A stretch of DNA of 64,000 bases, taken from an uncultured Planctomycetota bacterium (GTDB lineage Bacteria; Planctomycetota; Planctomycetia; Pirellulales; Lacipirellulaceae). Below, piece by piece: positions 44,056-53,845 of this stretch (within the stretch, counting starts at the first letter, position 1; the number at the start of each line of letters is the position of its first letter). The stretch lies in NCBI GenBank assembly GCA_963719315.1, contig CAVRBU010000002.1, forward strand, positions 1,728,001 through 1,792,000, written 5' to 3'. The translations under genes were made by a program, and so were the position numbers. The notes below the pieces were generated by a model, which searched no databases, was not told the DNA's origin, and was given only the letters and a program-made list of their open reading frames with translations.

Positions 44056-45531
44056 TTATGCGACGGCCCGACGGAATGTGGCCTCGTAAACCACGGTGCC
44101 ACGCACATCGCGAAGTTGGAACGCGATCAGGCTTTGCTGGCCCTCAGCACGCACTTCGACCGACAAGAAGCCACCCTTCACGCGGTGGAAGCGGTGATAG
44201 GTCTTGTTCTCACCCGGTGTACCGCCGGCGTGAGAATCACTCGCCGCGCCAACGCTGAATTCCTGCGTGTCCGCCGTCGGATGTATCGAATGATATTGCC
44301 AATGCCGATCGCCACAGATGACAAAGAAATTGTCCGGTACGTGAGCCTTAAGCCACTCGCGGAGTTCGCTGCCTTCGTGAGCAAAGCCGGCATTCGAGTG
44401 ATTGTCATTCTTTTCTGTGCGATCCGGCCCGACCAGCGGCGTGGGGCTGATGAGCAGCTTCCATGTCGCATCGCTCGCTTGAAGGGTGCGTTTGAACCAA
44501 GCTTTCTGCTCGATCCCCCAGATCGTTTTTTCCGGGCCGTCGGGCATTGTGTTCGGTGAGCGGAAGTCGCGGCCGTCGGTAAACCAGATTTGCAAATCGC
44601 GTCCCCAGCGAAACGTGCGATAACTGGCCTCCCTGATTGGGGCCTGTTGCCGGAAGATCTTTTGCCCTTCGGCGAACGAAAGCTCGCCGGCCTTCATGCC
44701 CGGCCACGAGTCGTTTGACAGCGTGTCATGATCATCTTTCAGCCAGTAGCTCGATGCATTCCGCATCATCGCGACCAGGCGAGGTAAGCTGAACATTCTC
44801 TCCCAGTGCAGCCGAGCCAGCGCGGGTGTCACGGCGCGTGGTTCGTTGTTGTCGTAATAGACGAGATCACCGGTCATTGTCACGAACTTCGGATCCAGCG
44901 CGAGCATCGACGGATAGATTGGGTGCCCGTCCGGATGGTCGCGATCCGGATAGCCTTGGCAGGTCATTACGCAAAAACGAAAAGCACTTGGTGTCGTGGG
45001 CAGGGGCGCAGTAGAGAACTTGCCACGAAACTCGCTGCGCACTTGGGAGTCACCAGGAAAAGTCGTTTGACTCAGGTAGTGATACGTGCTGTCGGGCTTC
45101 AAGCCGATCAGCTTGAACTGATGAATGAAGTCTGTCGCTTCCGTTACATCTATCCAGGCCGTCTCGGCCGCGTCGTCTAAATCATCGCTTAATCCGTAAC
45201 GCAATCGCACTCGACCAGCCATCCCCGGACATGCGCCTTCGATGTGCTCGACTGGGACAGTCACCAGCTGAGGGTTCTGCCGGTCAACCATCTTGGAGAA
45301 GACGATTCCATCCTTGTTGCGCTGCGGATAATTCGTGAGTCGTGTCCAAACGATCGCCGAGGTCTCCGTGACTTCACCGACTCGGGTGCCCACCGCCTGA
45401 TGAGGGCCGGACTCCACCGCCGGCAGCACACCGGCCGAGACCGCGCACGGAAACAGAATTGCCGTTCCTGCCGAAGTTGCCAAGAAACCACGCCGCGTGA
45501 CGTTGGTTGGGAAACAGTAGTCATCATGCAT
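44056..45531 (-). CDS. PhoD-family alkaline phosphatase, Tat signal
   Basis: TRRGFL; GDLVYYD, KDDHD, DGRDFRS and GDRHWQY motifs. Confidence 0.9.
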   Translation of the reverse strand: MHDDYCFPTNVTRRGFLATSAGTAILFPCAVSAGVLPAVESGPHQAVGTRVGEVTETSAIVWTRLTNYPQRNKDGIVFSKMVDRQNPQLVTVPVEHIEGACPGMAGRVRLRYGLSDDLDDAAETAWIDVTEATDFIHQFKLIGLKPDSTYHYLSQTTFPGDSQVRSEFRGKFSTAPLPTTPSAFRFCVMTCQGYPDRDHPDGHPIYPSMLALDPKFVTMTGDLVYYDNNEPRAVTPALARLHWERMFSLPRLVAMMRNASSYWLKDDHDTLSNDSWPGMKAGELSFAEGQKIFRQQAPIREASYRTFRWGRDLQIWFTDGRDFRSPNTMPDGPEKTIWGIEQKAWFKRTLQASDATWKLLISPTPLVGPDRTEKNDNHSNAGFAHEGSELREWLKAHVPDNFFVICGDRHWQYHSIHPTADTQEFSVGAASDSHAGGTPGENKTYHRFHRVKGGFLSVEVRAEGQQSLIAFQLRDVRGTVVYEATFRRAVA

Positions 45532-45617
45532 GAAGATGTCTCGCGTTCTGCGATTAAATGAATACTCTTCGATTTGAAAGGTCCTGCGAAGTTTGCGAAG
45601 AGCCGTGGGCTTCACGG

Positions 45618-47003
45618 CTATTTCGGAAGTCCGACCAGATCCTCAGGGAGCTTCATGTTGTCCATGGCTTGCTGTTCGACGAGCAGTTTCTGCAACTCAG
45701 CCACCCGCTCCGGATGAGATTTCGCTACGTCCTCTTTTTCGTACGGATCCGTCGCGATGTTGAAGAGCTGAGGCGTTTCCTTGGCCGACACGATCAGCTT
45801 CCAGTCGCCGTGACGCAGGGCATGGCCGCCATTCATTGCAATGTAAATCGTCCGCGGCGACGTGTTCGAGATGTCACCCGTGAGTGCGGGCCATTGATTG
45901 ACGCCGTCCCATTTCAGATCAACCTCCGATTTATAACGGACGAGGCTTGCAATTGTGGGGAACCAATCGGCAACATGCATTGGGGTCGTGAACTTGCGCG
46001 GGGCCAACTTTCCGGGCCAGTTTACGAAGGCGCAAACCCGGATGCCTCCTTCGTAAAGCTGGGCTTTCTGACCACGCAGCGGATCGTTCTCGCTGTTGAG
46101 AGGCGAGTCACCCACATTACCGACATACGCGTTCTTCAGCGACTCGATACCGCCATTGTCGCTGGTGAAAACGATGAGCGTATTGTCTCGCTGACCGGTC
46201 TTTTCCAATGCGGCAACGAACTGGCCGATTTTGGCGTCGAGCTGGGAAACCATGGCGGCCATTCGCAATCGGGAATCCTGCTTCTCGGGATCGTCGTGGA
46301 ACTTGACGCCGTCGTAGACTCGCTTGAACTCCTCTGGCGCATCAACCGGCGTGTGGACAGCGTGGAAAGGTACATAGATGAACCAGGGAGATTGCTTTTC
46401 CTCGATGCGGCGTAGGGCCTCTGCCGCGATCAGTTCCGTGGCGTTGCCTTCTTCGTGAAAAAACTCGCCATCGCGATGCCAGGTGTCTTCGTAAGGCCCG
46501 TTGCGATACTTGTGGGTCCACGGATCGGCGGCACCGGTCAATGTACCGTAGCCACGATCGAACCCAAAAACCGTCGGTCCCCACTCGCTACGTGCACCAA
46601 GATGCCATTTGCCCGACTGATACGTGTGATAACCCACAGACTTCAAAGCGGAGGCCATCGTCACCGTGCCGAGCGGCATGGCTCGCAAATTGCTCGGTGC
46701 CAGAGTGTGCGGACCGAATCGGCCGGGATAGCGTCCGCTCAATAACGCTGTCCGAGTGGGAGTGCAAACCGGCTGCACGTAATGAAAATCGAGTTCGACC
46801 CCTTCGCGGACCAGCTTGTCCATTTGAGGGGTTTTGCCAAAGCCGCCATGCCAGCCAACGTCGCTCCACCCGAGGTCGTCAGCCACGATGAATAGGACGT
46901 TGGGCTTGGTCGCCAAAGTTGGCGCATGCTCAGCAAGCAGGGAATTTCGATGAGCGAGGATCACCACTGCGGTGAAGAAGACCCGAATCAGATGAGATTT
47001 CAT
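45618..47003 (-). CDS. Arylsulfatase (S1 family)
   Basis: PNVLFIVADDLG, CTPTR (CxPxR), GKWHLG, SDNGG and YEGGIRV motifs. Confidence 0.95.
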   Translation of the reverse strand: MKSHLIRVFFTAVVILAHRNSLLAEHAPTLATKPNVLFIVADDLGWSDVGWHGGFGKTPQMDKLVREGVELDFHYVQPVCTPTRTALLSGRYPGRFGPHTLAPSNLRAMPLGTVTMASALKSVGYHTYQSGKWHLGARSEWGPTVFGFDRGYGTLTGAADPWTHKYRNGPYEDTWHRDGEFFHEEGNATELIAAEALRRIEEKQSPWFIYVPFHAVHTPVDAPEEFKRVYDGVKFHDDPEKQDSRLRMAAMVSQLDAKIGQFVAALEKTGQRDNTLIVFTSDNGGIESLKNAYVGNVGDSPLNSENDPLRGQKAQLYEGGIRVCAFVNWPGKLAPRKFTTPMHVADWFPTIASLVRYKSEVDLKWDGVNQWPALTGDISNTSPRTIYIAMNGGHALRHGDWKLIVSAKETPQLFNIATDPYEKEDVAKSHPERVAELQKLLVEQQAMDNMKLPEDLVGLPK

Positions 47004-47278
47004 GGATGCCTCGAAGAATCGTCCAGCGGTACAGAGCTCGGCTTCGTCGCGTGTGCTTCGGTAATGTGCAATACCGCTGGAATCAACAGAAGGGATGAGA
47101 CATTCAAAATATTGCGATTAGCTATTTTCGTTCCCGGTCGATCTTCGGGGAAGCGTGCTTGTTGCCGGTTAACCTTTCTGCCGTCCTGTTGCGGAAACGC
47201 TCTCCGGATGTTTTCAGCAGAATTCAATTGTAACGGCAGTTTACCATTTACTTGATCCAAACACACCCACTTACTTTC

Positions 47279-48429
47279 GTAACACATCAGTTGCCTGAAG
47301 CAGTTTTTTCAGGCAGGGGCAGTAGTTGTTTGGTTTCGAGGTAGGTTTCGATCGCCGCGATGACTGTACGAATGGGATCGTGGCCGCGCTGTTTGAGGGT
47401 GCGAAAGATGGTCATGAGGACCGCCTGGCATTCGGCTCCCCGTTGGCTGCGATTGCCGCGCAGCGCAAGTGACCGCGTTGTACGCGCTCCAAAAGTCTGT
47501 AATCAACGTGCCCGCAAACTCGTCGACGAAGAATTTGGCCAGCGCCGGACTGCCCCGCGAGCGGTCGATCAGGTAGTACGTCACCGACTGGTTGCTGAAG
47601 CACCACAGCCAGTGCGTTTTGCCATTGGTTCGCCAGCCGGTCTCGTCCCCGTGCAACACGGCCGACGCCAGCGCTTCGGAGTGAATCTGCTCGTACCAGG
47701 CAAACAGGATTTTCTGCAGCCGCTGCCACATCTGCAGCAAGCCGCCAGGGGTGATCTTGAGTTGCAGATGGAAGTTGAAGACTTCGACGATTTGCGAGAG
47801 CGTGTTGCCCAAAGCGTAGTGCAGCCAAGCACTGAGCACCAGCACGCGGTTGCCCAGCGTCGCGCCGGGCAACGCGGCGACCACCGGTGGCTCGACCTTT
47901 TTGCGGCACGCTGGACACCAGTCGCGATGGATCGTGTGTTCGGTGACTTCCGGCTGGATGTCCGGAATGTCTTCCGTATAGCGGGTGCGGATTTCTTGGC
48001 ACGATTGCAAGCGGCTGCCACAATCGGGACACGAGCGGATGCGATGGTCGACTTGCCAGTCGATCCGCTCCGGAGGCGGCCGACGCGAACCCGGATGACC
48101 GTGCTTGGCTCCCGGTTTCTTTCCCCGTTTGCGTTGGGCCGGCTTTTGGTAAATCGGCACCATCCCCGAAGGCGTCGACGGCGTCACCGAGCAATCGTTA
48201 CTCTTGGCCCTCGACTCGGCCAGCTCCTTCGTCAATTCCAACAACGCAAAAACCACCGCTTCCTTGCCGCGCGCATAAATCGCTTCCGCCTGATGACGGC
48301 TCAGCTCTGCGGCGCGCAACGCTTGTACCGTCTTCTCGGAGATCAACTGCGTGTCCACTGCCATAACCCATGGACATAACCCTTTCCAGCAATTTAACCA
48401 AGATCAACTTCAGACGGCTGGTGTGTTAC
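47279..48429 (-). mobile_element. Internally deleted IS66-family element
   Basis: Inverted ends GTAACACATCAGTTGCCTGAAG / GTAACACACCAGCCGTCTGAAG; target duplication TTACTTTC/TTACTTTT; transposase 47309-48364 (CPDC...CPAC, GDETGW) jumps out of frame to its extreme C-terminus. Confidence 0.9.
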
Positions 48430-48813
48430 TTACTTTTGTATTCCTCGGCGTGCACTTGCTCATCGCTGTTTTCGGGCACCCGGCGCCTACTCCCTATTAT
48501 GAATCCAGGGGTCGCCGTCGCTGCCGCTGTCATGGGTCGCCCGCGGAGGGACCCACGTGACAAAACACTCACATCTTTGCACGTCTTCCTACCGACGTGT
48601 GCGCTGCCGCGTTCAACGGTCTCGAAGGGTTAATCGCCTGAATCGCGATTCGCCCGTGTGGCATAGGCCGCCGTCCCGCTTACTCATGCTGTTTCTCAGT
48701 TATCCCGAGAAAAAAATCCATGCAAGCCGTGCATCTGTTGACCACACTCAGTGCGGTCAACAGGTTAGTGGGTGATTTCAATCTCCCCACGTTCCCGAAA
48801 GGAGCACACGACC

Positions 48814-49530
48814 ATGTCACGGATTCTGGCGATTGACCTGGGCAAATTCAAGTCAGTGACCTGTCTGTTGGACAGCGATACGAACCAGACGGAGTTCTGG
48901 ACGATGGCGACGGACCGGCCGTACCTGCTGGCCGTGCTGAAGAACTACACGCCCGATTTGGTGGTGATCGAGTCCTGCGGTCTGGCCGGATGGGTGCACG
49001 ACATCTGCACCGATGAAGGCTACGAGGTGCTGGTCTGCAATCCAAACCAGGAGGCCTGGAAGTGGAAACACATCAAGCGCAAGACCGATCGCGACGACGC
49101 ACTCAAGCTGGCCAAGCTGGCCGCGCTGGAACAGCTATTTCCTGTGTACATCCCCTGCCGCCAACAACGGGAATATCGTCGACTGGTGAAGTATCGCCAA
49201 GTGGTCCTGGGGCGCATCAATCGAGTGCAGAACAACATCCGCGCCATCTTTGCCCAGCGGGGAATGGAGATGGTGCGTGGCCAAAAGGCGTGGGCCCTGG
49301 AACGCCTGGAGTTGATTGCTCAGCACCGTAAACCGTTCGACGAATGTGCGCTGGACGACCTGTGGCGCGGCGAGTTGGATCTGGAACTGAGCCAACTGGA
49401 GCACCTCCGACAACACCAGTATGAGATCCATAAGAAACTGAAAGCGTTGGCGGCCGCCGACGAACGAGTCTAGCTGCTGCAGACGATTCCCGGCGTCGGC
49501 CGCAAGACGGCGGAAGTCGTCGTGGCCTGG
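48814..49530 (+). pseudogene. Truncated IS110-family transposase
   Basis: AIDLGK, VIES and KTDRDDA motifs; TAG at 49471 followed by LLQTIPGVG, then homology ends; AAGGAG RBS. Confidence 0.9.
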
Positions 49531-49906
49531 CGCGGAACGTCGCTACATCTGACCAGGAACGCACGCTGATCGACCGCATTAAGCAGATGGAGCGCTTTCG
49601 GGCTTTCTACTGTGGTGAGGGTATCAAGAAACCTGTGCCAGTCGCGTTGCAGCCTTGAATCCAATTGAGAATGCTGAAAGCGGTAGCAGGCGATATCGTT
49701 CCTGATCGCAATTGAAAGATCATCGCATGACGGTACGGCGTTTTGGAAACGCGCACTGATCCGCTTGAGGTAGTCCTAACGCTACGAATTATGCAGCGCG
49801 TTGAGCTGATCGTGATGTGAGAAAGCAGAAATCGGCCGAAAACGCGCGGCGGTTCGAGTCCGCATGGGACTATTCGTACGTAAGAACGCGAGTCGGATTT
49901 TAGGGG

Positions 49907-49934
49907 TTGCCGATTGTAACCAAACGGTTACAAT
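49907..49934 (+). promoter_or_regulatory. Promoter overlapped by a palindromic operator
   Basis: TTGCCG-16 bp-TACAAT; perfect inverted repeat ATTGTAACC-AAAC-GGTTACAAT at 49913-49934. Confidence 0.7.
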
Positions 49935-49940
49935 TTCAGA

Positions 49941-50183
49941 GTGGCTGTAGTCGAGTTAACATCGGAACATCGAAAGATACTCCGCCAAGCGCGCAAACGC
50001 GCGTCGCTGTCGCAAACGGAATTGGCACGCCGGGCCGGGACCGTGAGCCAATACGTCTGTCAGATTGAAAGTGGGAAAAAAGCGGGCGCGTCACTGGACG
50101 TATTGCAGCGACTTGCCCGTGAACTAGGGCTAGAAATTGCCGTTAAGACCTCAGTTCACATCAAACGCAAGCGGCAACGCTAA
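49941..50183 (+). CDS. XRE-family helix-turn-helix regulator
   Basis: LRQARKRASLSQTELARRAGTVSQYVCQIESG. Confidence 0.88.
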   Translation: MAVVELTSEHRKILRQARKRASLSQTELARRAGTVSQYVCQIESGKKAGASLDVLQRLARELGLEIAVKTSVHIKRKRQR

Positions 50184-50243
50184 GTGCCACTGAAAAGATG
50201 CAACAGTTCGTCAGTCAATCGAAAGACATTTGCAGGTATTACT

Positions 50244-51500
50244 ATGGCAACTCTACTGGCTCGCAAAAGTAAGAAAACGGGCAAGACACTCTTCACGGTT
50301 CAATTCGTTCTCGGCCACCAAAGACCATGCGTTCCGCTGGGTAGTGTGACCAAGGCACAAGCCGGCGAAGTGAAAGGGCATATCGAGCGGCTAGTAGGCG
50401 CTCGGCGGTCAAATGCTGCCATCGACGGTACTACCGCCGCTTGGCTCGCCGACGTGAGCGTCGACTTCTACGCGCGGTTGGTCGAGGTCGGATTGGTTGA
50501 GCCGCGCGAAACGGCTGATCCAGAGACACCAGCCCAGTCGGAGGAAATCAAGCTGGCAGAGTTTGTCGACCGGTATATTTCCGAGCGCGACGACGTGAAA
50601 CCCGGCACAGCGCTGGTTTACAATCAAGTTCGCCGCAACCTGATCGACGGCTTCGGGGCTGACAAGCCGCTTGGTGCGATTACCACTGGCGACGCAAAAG
50701 ATTGGCGGCGCTGGCTCACACGGCCGAAGAACGAGGACAGCCCGATGGAAGGCGGCCAAGGGTTGAATGAGAACACGGACCGCAAGCGGTGCGCGATCGC
50801 AAAGCAGATATTCGCAGACGCGGTAGACCGCGAACTGATCGGCCGTAACCCCTATGGCAAGATGGAGGGTCTTACGGTAGGCGCCAGCGAGGGCCGTGAC
50901 TACTTCGTAACGCCTGCCGAAACGGCAAAGGTTCTGGCGGCCTGCCCCGACGCACAGTGGAAGCTGCTATTCGCTCTGAGTCGCTACGGCGGCCTGCGCT
51001 GCCCCTCTGAGCATCTGGGACTGCGATGGGGCGACGTGGATTTTGAGCACGCCAGGATCGTAGTACGCTCGCCTAAAACGGCACGCCACGAAGGGAAAGC
51101 CCAGCGCGTCATTCCGCTATTCCCAGAATTGCGGCCATACCTGGAAGCCGTGCGCGACGAGCTGCTTAAGGACTTCGACCCAAAAGCGAGCCGCCTGAGC
51201 GAGCAGCCGGTGATTACCCATTATCGCGACACGAACGCCAATCTGCGGACGCAGCTGCTGCGGATCATCGCTAGGGCGAAGCTGGCGACGTGGCCGAAGC
51301 TGTTCCAAAACCTCCGCGCCAGTCGAGCGACGGAGCTAGCGGCGCGGCATCCGGGCCACGTCGCCGCGGAGTGGATGGGCCATAGCACGAAGGTAGCCGA
51401 CAAGCACTACTGGCGCGTGACGGATTCCGACTTCGACATGGCCCTGCGCGCAGCACCCTGCGCTGCAGTATCCAACGGCAACAAGCGATTCGGACGGTAA
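50244..51500 (+). CDS. Tyrosine recombinase/integrase
   Basis: GGLRCPSE, SPKT, NLRASR, MGHS and KHY catalytic motifs; adjacent to the tRNA att site. Confidence 0.93.
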   Translation: MATLLARKSKKTGKTLFTVQFVLGHQRPCVPLGSVTKAQAGEVKGHIERLVGARRSNAAIDGTTAAWLADVSVDFYARLVEVGLVEPRETADPETPAQSEEIKLAEFVDRYISERDDVKPGTALVYNQVRRNLIDGFGADKPLGAITTGDAKDWRRWLTRPKNEDSPMEGGQGLNENTDRKRCAIAKQIFADAVDRELIGRNPYGKMEGLTVGASEGRDYFVTPAETAKVLAACPDAQWKLLFALSRYGGLRCPSEHLGLRWGDVDFEHARIVVRSPKTARHEGKAQRVIPLFPELRPYLEAVRDELLKDFDPKASRLSEQPVITHYRDTNANLRTQLLRIIARAKLATWPKLFQNLRASRATELAARHPGHVAAEWMGHSTKVADKHYWRVTDSDFDMALRAAPCAAVSNGNKRFGR

Positions 51501-51568
51501 CGGACGGAAGCCGAATCGTGAAAATCCATTAGACGTGCGAAACTCTCGATACTGTACAAATGTCAATG

Positions 51569-51641
<73 letters not shown>

Positions 51642-51988
51642 GTGGAAGGGGCCGCCAGTTGCAGCGGTGAATCGCGCGGCCGGCGGGAAACTCCATTGTA
51701 ACCGAAGGTCGGAAGCGCGAGCGAGCGGTGAAAGACACGCCGAAACGCACTTGGGCGGCGCGCAGAAAATCGCCAAGGCACGATCGCCTGCGAAACGTGA
51801 GCTCGGTGGAAATGCAGGCCCTATGCTGTCATCTCAGCAGTTGAACATTTCCGTGCCGGCAACATCGTTCTCGCAAGTGCGTTGCGTGCCTTGGCGTTGG
51901 CTTCGTCGTAGCAGCAGGCGGCTCGCCTGCTGTTCCGAGCGACGGGCGCGTCCGCCTTGTTTCCGCGAACGCCGCCCCGTCTTTTTTG

Positions 51989-52525
51989 CTACAAGCCAGA
52001 GTCGCCAAAGAACGAATCCGGGAATACCCGCTCGGCCGTTCGCCCCAATTCATCGGGCGAGCGTCGTTGGCCGATTGAGTGCCAGGCCGAAACGTCCTTC
52101 AACTCCGGCATCACTTCCACGAGTTGCTGCTCGAGCATGGTCGCGAACCGCTGGATCGACGTGTTGGTGGCCGTCTCTTCGATGGCTTTCACCGTCTTCA
52201 TGATCCGCAGCAGCCGCGCCCGCGTGAGCACGGGCTCGGAAAGCGGCGCCTCGCTCTCGACCAGCAAATCGCCGACCGGCACCTCGAGCGCCTGCTGCCA
52301 CCGCAACAATTCGGAAAGCAGCATGTCGCAGCCGGGTTCTTCCTGCCGGCGAACCTGGTCGATCGAGGTGTGCATCCGCCTTGCGGCGCTGCGCACTGAA
52401 ACGCCTTGCCTACGCCGCACGTCGGCGATCCGGTGCAGCGGACGCTTGCTCGCCGCCACCGGCATTTGGGGAACGGGTAAATGGCCTAAACTCGCATCAA
52501 ACGGGATGTCATGAGCAATGCTCAT
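51989..52525 (-). CDS. Helix-turn-helix (XRE-like) regulator
   Basis: LHRIADVRRRQGVSVRSAARRM...WQQALEVPVGDLL; GGAGG RBS before ATG 52525. Confidence 0.82.
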   Translation of the reverse strand: MSIAHDIPFDASLGHLPVPQMPVAASKRPLHRIADVRRRQGVSVRSAARRMHTSIDQVRRQEEPGCDMLLSELLRWQQALEVPVGDLLVESEAPLSEPVLTRARLLRIMKTVKAIEETATNTSIQRFATMLEQQLVEVMPELKDVSAWHSIGQRRSPDELGRTAERVFPDSFFGDSGL

Positions 52526-53145
52526 AGTACTGCCTCCTTGTGTCCGCCGCGGCGAACACGACCATGAAAGATGAGAATGGTCAAACTGTTCCGAAACGAG
52601 AAACTGCGCACGAACTATCGGCACTGCAGCTACCTAAATTCCCTGCGAGAATCGCGGGTAGATGGCAGATTCCTGATTAAGCGCCGCGTTCCCACGCATC
52701 CCGCGCGAGAACCTTCCTGCTGCGCGAAAAACCTCTATCGAATAATTCGACAGAGACTTTTCAACCCCATTTGTTCCGGCTTCAGAGAAGTCAAAGCTGA
52801 AAAGATTGGCCCTTGCCTGTCACAAGTAGCAGAACCAAACGTCCATTTCCACTCGTGACGACCACATAATACGCCCTGATTCTAGCGATTGCAAGCCGAT
52901 TGTCGCAAAAACTGCCAACTTGGTCGCTCTGCGACCAGCAGCCAAAAACCACTGTAGCAAACCGCAGCAGGCAGATATGCCCAATCCACGCCGCTTTACC
53001 GTTCGCTGTACTATTACGCAGCGCAGCGCGCCGCAAGATGCTGCACCCAAAATATTTTTCAACTTTTTTGGGGAGTACGCTCCGCCATCATGACATTGCC
53101 TTTCCGACTCGGCCTCTCACCAGAACACACAAGGTAATGAAGCGA

Positions 53146-53227
53146 CCATGGATTCTACAGATAGCACGGATGATCTCGCGGACAGAATCATCAGATTTCC
53201 ATCCGTGAAATCCGCATGATCCGTGGG
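53146..53227. repeat. Nonamer-based imperfect palindromic (REP-like) element
   Basis: CATGGATTC/TACAGATAG/CACGGATGA, a spacer, then ATCCGTGAA/ATCCGCATG/ATCCGTGGG. Confidence 0.7.
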
Positions 53228-53537
53228 GATTCTCAAATGCGTCCAGCACGCGATCAAACTGTTGCAGAGGCATTGATAAGAGTTCTTACTCAACTCCAAT
53301 CCGCGGCCGCGTCGACGCCAGCGGCTCGAGCGTTCATTTCTCCACATGCAACCCGCAAGTTAAGGTGGACGCACTTTAAGTTTCAGGAACGAATCCAAGA
53401 ACGACTTACGAGAGTTTCCCGCAGAAACAAGGACAAAGCTGCACCGGAAACGCACGACTGATTGTATGTGATTCGTGGCCAATTAGTGCGCCTACCCCCC
53501 GTAATGGGAATTGCCGTTTTCGCACAAATATATAAGC

Positions 53538-53566
53538 TTGACATTTCAAATGGCACGGATTAGATT
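53538..53566 (+). promoter_or_regulatory. Sigma70 promoter
   Basis: TTGACA-17 bp-TAGATT. Confidence 0.7.
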
Positions 53567-53632
53567 GCGGTCAGCTAGGTTGGAAAACTTATTAGTATTG
53601 TACGTGCATTGCACGGGCCAAGAGATCAAGAG

Positions 53633-53666
53633 AAGGCCCCCGCGACAGCTCGCTGGGGTCTTTTTT
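53633..53666 (+). terminator. Intrinsic terminator in the leader of the LamG cluster
   Basis: AAGGCCCCCGCGA-CAGC-TCGCTGGGGTC followed by T6. Confidence 0.75.
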
Positions 53667-53845
53667 ATTTGAATTCGCGCTATCTCTTGATTTGGATTCG
53701 GACCGGTTTGAGGACGAGGAGGTTGGTCTTTCAAGTTGGGAAGGGTTGGGCGGCGCCATTCTGTCAATGGTTTATTCGCCGTTTGTTCGTACTTCGATTG
53801 GATCAGTTCCATTAGCGTCGCAATTGCGACAAAGGGGATCGTCTA

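Noticed and set aside
51695..51703. ATTGTAACC half-site near the tRNA promoter matching the XRE operator
   Set aside because: Only a half-site, and explained as a TACAAT -10 element; the same 9-mer occurs near 37805
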